Shown here: piece by piece, positions 13,013 through 24,410 of the stretch | How the letters are laid out: each line of letters opens with the position of its first letter | Position numbering within the stretch: the first letter of the stretch is position 1 | Assembly: GCA_001662655.1 (NCBI GenBank) | Contig: KV460214.1 | Length of the DNA: 64,000 nt | Reading direction: 5' to 3' (one strand) | Source: Pseudogymnoascus verrucosus | Lineage: Eukaryota | Program-made: the position numbers and the translations under genes | Notes under the pieces: generated by a model | Seen by the model: only the letters and a program-made list of their open reading frames with translations | Told to the model about the DNA's origin: nothing | The model's database searches: none

Positions 13013-15045
13013 TCATTCATATATATTCGGCAAAGTCATCAATTTCCAATAGTCTTCAAACCCCAGGGTCTGTGTATCCCCAATCGTTCCTTTCCGTGTC
13101 TCTCTCTTCGTATATCCATTTCCAAGGTATGCAAACCGATTTATGTTGCCATTTTCAGATGGTATTAATTTGAATCGGTAATCTTCCCAACGTGGTTGGC
13201 GAATGGCTTCAGTATAATGGAAGGTTGTGCCTCCATAGATTGCCACAACCTTCCCATCTGTTGTTCCTCGTTTATACCAGCTTCGACAATTTTCTACCCA
13301 GACTGTTCGCTGGAGGTAGGTTTGAAGATGTTCGTTGTAATCATTACATGCTTCTGTCATGACTTCCATTGAACGGACATTCTCAGTCTGAAGCTTGTTG
13401 ATGCAGTTGTAAATGTAGCTGCTGACTGCTTGCACGCCGAGAACAAGTGAGCCGTTTGAGATTGGGAAATTAGGCCCAATAAAACCTATATTTTGTAAGT
13501 TTATTTCTTGAAACTCGGTATAGAGCTACTTACAAAAATAATTGGGGAAGTTGGGAACAGTTATGCCGAAATATGCTTCCGGAGTATCGTTCCACTGCGC
13601 ACCGAGACTCGCTCCATCTTTCCCAATAATGGGAAATCTAGGCTGGAAAGACGTATCAAAACCAGTAGCACAAACTATTGCATCAAACTCTAATTCTTCT
13701 CCACTCTTGGTCAAAATTCCCTTTTTGGTTATTTTCGCAATATCATCCCATCTCGTTTCGACGTTTGGCTGGATCAACGTTTCCAGAAAGTTCGGGCCAG
13801 GGGTTTGTCTGCGACAACCAACAGGAAATTCAGGAATAAGCATTTCTGCAAGCTTCTTTCCCTTCTCACTGCTTCCAAGCCGCTCTGTCATAGTCTTCGT
13901 AAAAAGCTGTTGTGCCTTCTTTTGTGCCTCTGAAGCGCTGTGGGCTCTTTTAAAATTGTCTATCCTCCGATCCATTACATCACGGCGATGTTGAAGAAGG
14001 TATTCTGGGTCGTCTTTGAATTTTTGAAGCACGTGGGGGGCATAATTATGCTGATCATCAGTGTCTGGGTCATTTTCTGTCGGCTCATTGATCCCAGGCC
14101 CTGGTGAGATCCACGTCTTTGATCTCACAAAAGATGTTAGATGGCTCGCCACTGACTGATATTAGTATAACTGAAATTTCGAATTTAGTTGGGTGATTTT
14201 CAATGTACCTGGCGCGAGTTTTGGCACTATTTGAATTCCAGACGAGCCAATCCCAATTACAGCTACTTTCTTGTCTTGGAAGTCGTACGCTTCGTCCCAA
14301 CTTGCTGAATGAAGGAGCTTTCCCTTAAATAGCTCGATACCATCAATGTTAGGATACTTCCAGGCGCTTTGTGAGAGTTAGTTATGGCAAAGTCTCTCAT
14401 GTTTATGGACCGGCGTTAGCAACACTTACTTCAGAACGCCGCCCGCATTTATGAAAACATCACACTTGTCCTCAATAGTACGACTTCCGTTCTGGATTGT
14501 AATATTCCATTTCCCGTCTAATTCATTCCAAACTGCGGACTGGATCTCATGGTCGAAGTTCATATATCGGTCAGTGTTGTATTTCGTCGATGTCTTCTTC
14601 AAATAATCGTGAATTTGAACCGAAGTGGCGTAGTAGTTCGGCCATTCGGGGTTTTGCTCAAAGCTGTAAGCGTAATTGTGGGCTGGAATGTCGCATTGGC
14701 ATCCGGGATACCTTGAGGCTGTTACGACACGTATGTGCTTGTTTAGAGCGAGTCTTACCTGTTTTCCAGCCAAGTCCCTCCGAGATCTTTGTTTCTCTCA
14801 TAGATGACAAATTCCAAATTACTATCTTGCAATTGCTTCGATATCACAATCGCCATCATCAAACCACTGTACCCAGCACCCATACACACCACCCGCAAAG
14901 GTCTCCGCGTACGAATCGGCTCTTCTCTAATAACATAGCTCGCGTTGGTAGGTTTAAAACTTTCTGGGGTATCGGAGTAGGGCGGTGTATCGATGCCGAG
15001 ATGGTGAATATCTGGCTGGCGATCGACTTCGAGACTCGGCGCCAT
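13013..15045 (-). CDS. Baeyer-Villiger / flavin-containing monooxygenase (StcW-like)
   Basis: [29 protein letters not shown] fingerprint [23 protein letters not shown] and CRSWYK. About five introns. Confidence 0.92.
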
Positions 15046-15497
15046 AGCTGAAATTATCCAAATGCTAAAATATGAGTACGATGAATCTGTTCTGCTCGGA
15101 TGCACTGAAAGTGATGCTGTTTTAATAAGTATGCGCCACGTCCAATATATGTGCGCACGTGAACGGACTTTGAACAGCCGGAATATAATTAAGTAAGCAA
15201 GAAGAATGTAATTATATCCCTACGATAACCCTCCTCGCCGGGTAATTAGCTAGGCGCTCCAAATCCATAATGGCAGCTTGAGGTTCTACATTCCAAAGTC
15301 ATGTTAACAGCAATCGGACGTTGACATCCGAGCCTTCGACACTGGGTGTCATGCCTTCTTGTAATTACTAAGCAACCCGGAAACCAATTGCCGGTATATC
15401 TTGGCAGCATTTCGGATTAAGGACGTATATACCCGAGTATGTCCTGACTTTCCAGCTGCCCAAACTTCATAGGTTTATTTTTCGGACTTTAGGTGCC

Positions 15498-18068
15498 ATG
15501 GAGTTTCAAGGTGTTCCGGACGAACAGCCGCTTGCCATTGACCAGCCCATGTCTGACACAAGATCCATGGACGATGCACAGAACGGGACTCATCAACGGG
15601 CGCGAAGACAGAGGCCTATATGCCGTACTTGCGTACGATGTCGAGCCAAAAAGGTAAAATAACACTTACGCTTGTGCGAGTAGCTCTGTGTACTGCTAGC
15701 TAACAATCTTGTGAAGGTAAAATGCGATGGTCACCGCCCAAAATGTAGAACGTGTGTGGCCGGAAGCCACCCATGCACTTATCCCGAAGATGCAAGAAAA
15801 GCTGGAAGACTTAGCAAGGCTGAAGTAGAAGCATTGCAAAATGAAGTAATTGTTTACAGAAATTTATTGAAGTCTCACCCAAATGGACACCAACAACTAT
15901 CTGCATCCAAACACGTGCCGACCGAACGAACAACTCCGAACCATCGCCTTGAAGGTGAGCGTTCTCATCTAGAATCGGCCCCTCGCCAGGAGCCAATTCT
16001 CAATACAGCAAGATTGGCCTCCCCAAGGGACGAACCTTGCGTAGAGCCATCCCGGTCAATTCGTCCTGTCACTCTAAGTCCACAATTCGGTGGCCAGGAA
16101 GTATCGGAGGTCCCTGATGGGCCATCAACGGCTGAAACACAGATAGCATGTGCTATCGATGAGGATGGGAGCATTCAGGTTCACGGAGTCACCAGTCACC
16201 TTCATATATCGTCTACCCCAAGAAATAATCCTATGGCCGATTTTTCAACAGAACCTCAACAGCTGCTTCATACTCAGGTGATGAAAGACCAATTATTTGC
16301 TTTTGCAGCCCTTCAAAGGCAACACGAAAGTGTTATACTAGGCCAACTCAGGAGAGGCATTAACATTAAAATTGAGCTTGATGGCCTCCCAGTTGAGTTA
16401 GCAACACACCTCTTAGACCTACATTGGAACCGTCAGCACCTGGCCTACCTCTTGACTTATCGCCCAGCAATATTTGACAGTCTCACAAACAATGGACCGT
16501 ATGCTAACAAGCTTCTTCTCAACGCTATTTATTACTCGAGCTGTCTATATAGTGACCGCATCATTTTCCGCTCAGATCCAGATGATCCTGCGACGATGTA
16601 AGCCACGAAGAGTCTAAGCCTAGTTTATTTCTTCTTATTGATATATCCTAGGGGAGAACGCTTTTATAATCGATTTAAAGAATTACTCGTCCAGGAGCTC
16701 GACCGCCCTAGCCTTGCTACAATAGTAGCCTGTCTGATATGTGGCGCTACTCTGGTTTCGGATGGAAAACAAAGTGCAGGCTGGGTCCTTTGTGGAATTG
16801 CATATCGAATGATTGTTGACTTGGGTTGCCATCTCTCAACCTCCCCGCAAAAAGACCCTAAATTACTAGATTCTAGGTTGACAGCAACTGAGATTGAGAT
16901 TCGAACTCGCATTTACTGGGGGTCCTTCGTGACAGATAAATTTCAATCACTCTATTTCGGCCGGCAATCTGCGCTTCCGCCAACAGATGCTCGAGTTCCA
17001 CGTATATTTCTTGATGAATACGAAGAGTTGGAAAATTGGGTACCATATACGGACCCTTCTACTACTCCGCAGGATTCAACTACATCGACTTATCGACAAC
17101 AACCACAGTACGCTGTTAGCACATTTCAATTGCACATTACGCTTGCTGAAATTGCACACGCTATAGCGAGTACTTTCTACACAATTAATAGTATAAGAGC
17201 CGAAAGAGACCAACTTTTAAAGAGGAAACAGGAGATCCAGTTGGACCTAGACGACTGGATGGCCTCTGTTCCTCAACACCTTCAATTTGACGAAGAAAAT
17301 GATTCACCGCCACCGCCAAATCAAATCACACCATAGTAAGTGAGGTTCTAGCTATATTATCGCAGTATGCTAATTTGTTTTAGTACCACATACTATACTC
17401 TTACTATACTTCTCGAGAGACCTTTTTTTTCTACCGGCCACCTCTCCTCCTTGGCAGATGAAAGTTCTCAGTCCACAAATGAAGCTAAGTGCAATAACGC
17501 AGCAGTTCGGATTTGGCGCCTTGTCGACGTTTACAAACGTGCACATACTCTACGGCGTGCACCTTATCTCATCTCGTACGCCACCTATTCTGCAATCGTG
17601 GTATTGTTAAACCAGACGCAAAATGATGCTAGTGAATATGTCAACTGCATAAAGTTCTTCTGGTCTGCCCTGCAAGATCTACAGCGAGGTTGCAATTCAG
17701 GTCTCGGCAAGCCACTAAGAATATTGCAGACTTTAATGAATCGCCTTGGCCAAAGCATACCGACTGGAAATCCAGCTGAAACATATCCTACAACACAGCA
17801 TCATGGAGCAGCTACGCAGCCCCAAATCTCAACTAATACAAGTGCCGAGAAAGTAGTTACTCAGGGATGTGCAATTGCTAGCCAGAGCATCCACAGGGAT
17901 ACCCTAGACATCGATGGGATGCCTCAAGAAAATCTTAATAATGAAATCTGGCAAGATAATAGTTGGGTTGATACAATGACGTACGGACAAGGGTTGATGG
18001 ACGATTCCCTATTTGGCCTCTTCACCACAGACCAACAGTTTATGCCTGGCTTTGATCAGAACTTCTAG
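15498..18068 (+). CDS. Zn(II)2Cys6 transcription factor with fungal-specific TF domain (4 exons)
   Basis: CVRCRAKK|VKCDGHRPKCRTC..C cluster, then RMIVDLGCH and RTRIYWGSFVTDKFQSLYFGR. Confidence 0.9.
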
Positions 18069-18178
18069 AAGAGTTCAACACCTAATAATTGAGCTTCGAC
18101 AAAGAGGACATGCTTATTTAAAGATGGGGATACTCGTGATACGATAATCCCCGGGCTGTATTGATTCATAGCTATTTA

Positions 18179-18826
18179 CTAAACAGCCTTCTGCTCTACA
18201 ACTTTCCACACCCTCCTATAATGAGGCACAACCACATTTTCTCTGATTTTCTTCGACCAGATAGTTTCAACACTTGCCCTCCACTCCGGACCACCCAATC
18301 CATTCTTCTCATCATAAAAGTGCACAGCGAGAAATGGTGCGGCGCCAACTTGAGAACCATACGCCTTTGCTAGCTCATAACGCTCGCTTTTTATCCAGCC
18401 AGGAACCTTAGTGATCATTCCCTGGTGCTCTTCATCGTACCACTTTGAGTAATCTTCAGTGTCTCCTGGTGTGATGGCTACACAGACCATCACTGATCCA
18501 GGCGGAGCAACGCCGCCTTCAGATAGTTCATGGCCATCCCGCGATAGTTTGCTGATTCGTTTGTACACGAAACATTGGATGAGGCCGGCCTCGGCATGAG
18601 CTGGGCCTCGCTCGTAGGCGCCTTCTATCAAAAACTTTGAGATATGTTTCACGTGATATGCGAAGCTTGCGCTCGGCGCGCCCGTTTGAACTTTGTCGTC
18701 CGTGGATGCAATGGTTGTTATATGGGTGATATCAGAACCAGGAACGTAGATTTCTGGACCTACTTTTGCTCCATGCGTTGGATTGAAGAGTCGTAGGACG
18801 ATACCGGCTCCTTTCGTAGGTGGCAT
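18179..18826 (-). CDS. EthD-like dimeric alpha/beta-barrel protein
   Basis: C-terminal half carries WYDEEH..MITKVPGWIKSERYEL and FLAVHFYD. Start taken at MPPTKG. Confidence 0.6.
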   Translation of the reverse strand: MPPTKGAGIVLRLFNPTHGAKVGPEIYVPGSDITHITTIASTDDKVQTGAPSASFAYHVKHISKFLIEGAYERGPAHAEAGLIQCFVYKRISKLSRDGHELSEGGVAPPGSVMVCVAITPGDTEDYSKWYDEEHQGMITKVPGWIKSERYELAKAYGSQVGAAPFLAVHFYDEKNGLGGPEWRASVETIWSKKIRENVVVPHYRRVWKVVEQKAV

Positions 18827-19129
18827 GATGAGCGTCGAGGAATGGTACTGATGCTGTGTAGTCGAGTATTCAATTACGCATACGAGGGAGATAAGCACTT
18901 AATATAAATAAAGCTCGATGTATAAAATTCGTCCTATTTTCCTATACTCTATCAATAAGCTGCGGCTTTCATGTCTCCGGCCGAGCTTGTATCTGGACAT
19001 TGTTCACCGCGACTAATGCAGCTTAGCGTATTAGAGGCCAGGTGACTTGCACACAAACATGACTTTCATAGTACGGGCTGGAAGCAGCGGATCACCATTG
19101 CTGGCCAGTGGATTTACTACTAGATCTTT

Positions 19130-20675
19130 TCAGATCGCAACCCAACTGCGATTTGTGTGATTTTCACCACATTTCCCATCTAGAGTCTCTATACTTACTT
19201 GTGTCGTTTTAGTAATCCCATTCGAGCCGTCAACTAATCGGTCAGGTTGTGAGCGTGGAAATAATAAATGCATTGGCACAGCCTCAACATCAGAGACCAC
19301 AACCGGTTGCACACTGTCTGTATCCCATGTATCCTTGATGCGTATATGAGAACGACTGCCACCTTGCACATATCCACGTCTGTCACGATTCGGACCACTA
19401 GAGGCCCCGCCGGTCCCTCCGTATTGTGGTTTCGAGGAGTCGAGTTTGGAGCGGAGCCCCAGCTTTACCGCCATAATACGCAGCAGTGGTTGTAGAGCGG
19501 GAAAACACGACACCCAGAGTCCAACATGGCCCTCTAGATCTGTCCAGACAGCGACGGTAGGCAGCTGGTAAGTTCTATGGAAAATTAGCCACAGTCCAAG
19601 TTTCAAAACTGACTATTAAACCAACGGAAGACATACGTGTTTACGGAGAAGTCCACGTTAACAATAATAATGAGACGTATTATTCCCGTTACGGCGACAA
19701 AGATGCCTACGACGATTAGTTTCGGTTTTATCCTGGCAAAGAAATCGTCCTACCAACGCTTAGCACAATCATAACTCTAATTGATCTTTGCGAGAACATC
19801 ATCTTCTTGTACACGAGGACAATAGGAACTACCAGCAGCGCAACATCAACTGCAACGCCAATGGCGGCGTGGGTCCAGAACATGTAGGCTTCTTTGGACT
19901 TTGGCATGCATTGTCGATTTGGGGCTGCGCCGTCCCAGAGGTCTCTATAATGGGGGAGAAAAGGTATCAGTGATGGTAGCCGACTTTATGAGGATGTGAG
20001 TTGAGGATTTGGGGAAACCTTACGGGACATGCTTGCACTCGAAAAGCTCTACCATAAAGCACACGATGGATGTGCTGGCAACAATGAAGCCCAATCCCCA
20101 AACCAGGTAGAGGAACTTTTCTGAGGAGGGTCCATTAATTCAAGTGGTTATGCTTTCTGGAGAATTGCTTACTATTATTGTTCAACCGAGGGAGGAATGC
20201 GACAATTGAAAGCCTCACGAGGCCTGTGGCTGCGAAATACACCAGTTGCATCGTTGGAAGTATCTGAAAACCATGAGTATTTGATACTCCTGTTTCTTTC
20301 TGGTAGCGAACTGACAGAGAAGAATTTTGCTAAAATCTCAGGGTCCAAGCTATCTTGTGGTTGTCCAGCGCCGAGCCCTACCTCTATACTCATAATATCC
20401 GTTAGACGCTATCATACGACCGATTTTATGATGATGAGCATGCCTTTGATCTCAAGGGCCGACAATGCCAGCAGGACCACCTGGATACTATAAGCCTCTT
20501 TTCACGATCGAAGAGTCAACAACCATACAAATGCCATTGCCGCAAATAGATCATCCCACCCGAGAGTGTTAGTCATGATACCTCTAACATAGAGACGAAT
20601 GGAGATAAAAATGGTAGAGATAACAATGAGGCAGACATTGAGGCGAAACAAAATATCTCCACGTTTAGATGGCAT
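19130..20675 (-). CDS. PTH11-like integral membrane protein without CFEM domain (about 8 exons)
   Basis: Spliced by eye: IRLYVRGIMTNTLGWDDLF, LVRLSIVAFLPRL, ECKHVP-DLWD...C, DVALLVVPI, GIFVAVTGIIRL and WTDLEGHVGLWVSCFPAL. Confidence 0.82.
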
Positions 20676-21204
20676 GGCTGGATCTCTGATGCATGTGTTC
20701 TTCTTAGACGAAGAGAGCCAGTTCTATATAGTATACGGGTTGACTTTGGTAAGGCTTTCAGCTGTAAGGCAATTGAAAGTGCTCAAGCCCCGGAACAGAC
20801 ATGGCGGGTATGCCAACTTGACTGTTATGGTAGGTACCCTAGATGAAACCAGGTTCTTCGATAGAAGTTACAGCACAAAGTGGCGGCTTTCAGGGTAAAT
20901 CCTTGAAGGCGCTCGAGCGCGGCATCAGAGGCATGGGCGTGCCAAATTACACATGCAGTGCAGGGCATAGCATTGTTGTTAGGGATCAAGCCGGGAATAC
21001 GGTGTTCGAACACCCAAAACGGGCAATAATGTCCGGCATTCCTAATCTTCCCACTGTGCAAATGGTGCCGAGGAATATCACAAGTAAATACAGTATATAA
21101 AATATATAAAATATATAAAATCGATTGAATTGTCTACCTATAGTATACGAAAGTCTGTGCTTTAGCGCATGATGAGACCTTTTGTTTAAGCATTGGCGGC
21201 GGGA

Positions 21205-21756
21205 ACAACAGAACTGACATACACTAGGCCTATTTGTAGGCCTACTTGCTGGCCTGTGCACCGCTTTGACTGGTGTCAGACTCTACCTAGCAAGGCAAGG
21301 AAAGCTATTGGTTGCCTTGCTGGCTCCAACAGTTGGATTTACAACAGGGTCTAGTTAATTAGAAGCAAAATTGGACGCCTTTAGTGGTCGGTTAGCTCTT
21401 GAGTTTCATCCAGTAACGCAAGCAATGCCATCTCAAAATATCAGATCTCAACCAGTCGTCGGATTAAAGATTGAAAGTCGTTCTTCAAACCCAACCTAAG
21501 TTAGAGGATTCGAGACAGACAACACGATTCGGATTTATAGCCACGACATGTAGATCAAATCTGTACCCATCATTCCTACGAAGTCCAGGTTGCAATGTTC
21601 AATTCTCCAACCCTGTGCCGCGCGGCCCTAGTAGCCCCATAGTACGGCCCTATAGTACGGCCCGTATGGGTCTGTCTGTGCACAAACAGGTGTAAAACCC
21701 GCTTTATTGCTGCAATTAGTGCACAGGCCTGTCTGTAATAGCGCTTTGACTACTGG
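21205..21756. mobile_element. Two probable DNA-transposon terminal remnants
   Basis: CGCTTTGACT at 21262 and 21742. Each is preceded by GGCCT/GTGCAC-rich short repeats, with TAGTACGGCCC repeats before the second. No transposase seen. Confidence 0.35.
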
Positions 21757-22400
21757 CCGCTTGAGCTATATTGTTGGTTTCATCGTTATAGGCTCATATA
21801 TTGCTTTTGGATCAGACGGGACAAGGAGGCGGCTGTAGGATAAATTTCCTATTGGGCTGTCCATTACCAACAGGTAAACTTACCTATTCCGAGCCTTAAA
21901 TTTTACCTGGTAGGATAATGAATAATCCAACTCTAGTGGCTTTCGGATCAAAAGGCCATACACAGTCCAAACTGTCTCCCCAAACGATTGTAGCGATCTA
22001 CTATCTACTCTTTTAACAAAACGCCAATGCGAGTTGGATCTTCACATGTATGCCTTCTCAGCTGTGGGTCAGCCATAGCGTATGGGAGCTAATTGGCATG
22101 ACTCTAGCATGTCACCTAAGCTAGGTTGAAATCGTCGAATCCCACGCCCGTCCCCTGCGATTTCCAACAACAATTATTCCGATTAATATTGCCATACATT
22201 TCTAAATTTCCGGGTTGAATTATTGACAGGCCTATTGTAACATTTCTTCTTCGCTTCTAGTCCGCTTCTAGTTTGTAATTTCTTTAAACCCAGCAGCCAC
22301 GCGTATGTGGGAGAGATTTTGGTCCATAAGAATGTCTCATACTTCCATTTAACTCCTGTACATCTTTTGTTCTCAAAGTTTCACAGTACACAAAATCAAT

Positions 22401-24083
22401 ATGCACTCCTTTTCGAAGTTTGTTTCAGCCCTCGCCTTCGGGCTGCTGTTAAGCCAGGTTGCCGCCACTTGCACTCGGCCCTTGCAGCGAAAGGAGTGGT
22501 ACGTGACACCCGAGATGATAGGCGCGGGGGACGGTCCAGTCTTGGGAATATTCGCGTTCTGATCATTCCTTTCATATAGGAGAACCCTACGGGCCTCGGA
22601 GAAGCAAGCTTATATTAAAGCTGTGCGATGCATGCAGACCAAGCCAGGTCTTCTGGGAGACCTTTACCCCGGAGTTCGGTCTCGCTTTGATGATTTCCTG
22701 GGCTTGCACATCAACCAAACAGACTTTATCCATTTTGTGGTATGTCTATCACAATTATGTCTTTGTCCAATGAACGATAACTTACAATTATGGAATATAC
22801 AGGGATTCTTCCAACCGTAAGAGGTTCTTACTGTAACTCAAGGTGCACATCTAACACCAACCAGATGGCATCGTTTCTTTGTCGCAACTTATGAAGCAAG
22901 TCTACGCAGTGAATGTGGATACACTGGAGCTCAACCGTGCGTACCTACTATTTTCCACTCTTTTGACCACTCATGCTAATCCGAGCACAGATATTGGGGT
23001 TTGCCCTCCCCTTCTAGAAATGTTAGGTTAGACCTAATGGTTTTTAGATTGGTCTTTGGATTCCTGGTCCGAGGCAGCCTTTCTGGCGTCCCCGGTTTTT
23101 GATCCAGCAACAGGATTTGGAGGTTTGAAATTCACAAATTGCTACCTGATATATCGCTAATATATACTGTAGGAAATGGGCCATATATCAACTCCACCGA
23201 CGATGCCAGTGTTCGCCTCCACATCCCTGGGAAAACAGGAGGAGGTAAGTTAGATTCTACAGCATATAATCTTCCAATTATCCTAACGTTGTTCTGAATC
23301 TAGGGTGCGTCTTAAACGGACCTTTTCTGGATATGTCTGTGAACATGGGACCAGGTAACAGCTCCCTTAACCAGTCTATCAAGCTATAGCTTATATATTA
23401 CAGGTCTTAACAACGACTACAATCCTCACTGTCTCACCCGCGATTTTAGCCCTTGGCTGGCAACACAAAAGCTGCAGTTCATCAATTCCTTTACACCCTT
23501 TCTACAAACTACGTTCTCGAAATTCGATGTCGCCGTTCAGGGCTCTATCGATGTCGCAGGTTTAACTTATCATGGCGGCGGGCATCTCTCCGTTGGAGGT
23601 GATCTTGGAACCGTGAGTTTATCTTTCTTTATAACAGCTATGTAAAACGCGAGAGCTGACTTAATTTACAGATGGGAGATGTCTACGCAAGCCCTGGAGG
23701 TATGAACTCATCAATTCCTACTTATCTTTGAGACACTTACTAAAAGCTGCCCAAGATCCGCTCTTCTTTCTACATCATGCAAACATGGATCGCTTGTGGA
23801 ATCTCTGGCAGCGTGTCGGTGGGTAGACAACTAGTCTTATACTGCTGCTTTCTATTTACGCAAATTAACTAATGACACAGACTTTTCTCGCCGCAGCAAA
23901 GACATCGCAGGCCCGACTGTTCAATTCACAGCGCCATTTGACTTTTTTGAGCCTGCTACGTCCACGAACGTAACTCTGGACTATGCTATGGATTTCAAGC
24001 ATTTGGCTTCCAGCTCATCATCTGTCAAGATTAGCGAAGTTATGGATATCCAGGCTGGAAGGCTTTGCTATACTTATGTATGA
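22401..24083 (+). CDS. Secreted short tyrosinase/catechol oxidase-like type-3 copper protein (12 exons)
   Basis: Signal peptide [22 protein letters not shown], then RKEWRTL. CuA histidines in LHINQ, FIHF and PWHR; PYWDW; CuB in HGGGH and [18 protein letters not shown]; ends LCYTYV*. All 11 introns restore the frame. Confidence 0.9.
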
Positions 24084-24193
24084 GATAAATCTGTTTAGCA
24101 AACGCTGCTTGCTCCTGAGTAAGCAAGGAATACGAGTGAAATCGAAATAATTTAGTTATTCGAGCTTGTACTCAATCTTGGACTTGATACATA

Positions 24194-24410
24194 TAATAGA
24201 CGCCCCTCATCTATCTTGTTATAATAGGCACTGTTCTCGTATACTATCGTGATAGTTACTATTCCCTTCTTTTATGTTAATAAGCACTATTCTCGTATCC
24301 TATCATAACAGCCGCCATTCTCTTATTTACTAATAACAGAAACTCTCCATCTATCCTGGGGTAACAGACACTCTTCTCGTCCGTACTCCTAACAATTACT
24401 CTTTGTTTAC
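24194..24410. repeat. Degenerate 28-bp minisatellite, 7 full units and one partial
   Basis: TAAYAG-like unit starts at 24194, 24222, 24250, 24278, 24306, 24334, 24362 and 24390. Confidence 0.8.

Noticed and set aside
15651..15724. AAGGTAAAAT repeated at both ends of TF2 intron 1, as a sign of recent intron gain
   Set aside because: It is explained by splice consensus plus K-V-K codons at an intron position common in Zn2Cys6 genes.
20843..21100. 85-aa ORF containing GMGVPNYTC
   Set aside because: Too short, with no convincing family match or splice partners. It lies in a promoter and TE-relic zone.
24194..24410. CRISPR-like interpretation of the 28-bp and 60-bp arrays
   Set aside because: The context is eukaryotic, there are no identical repeats with unique spacers, and no cas genes.
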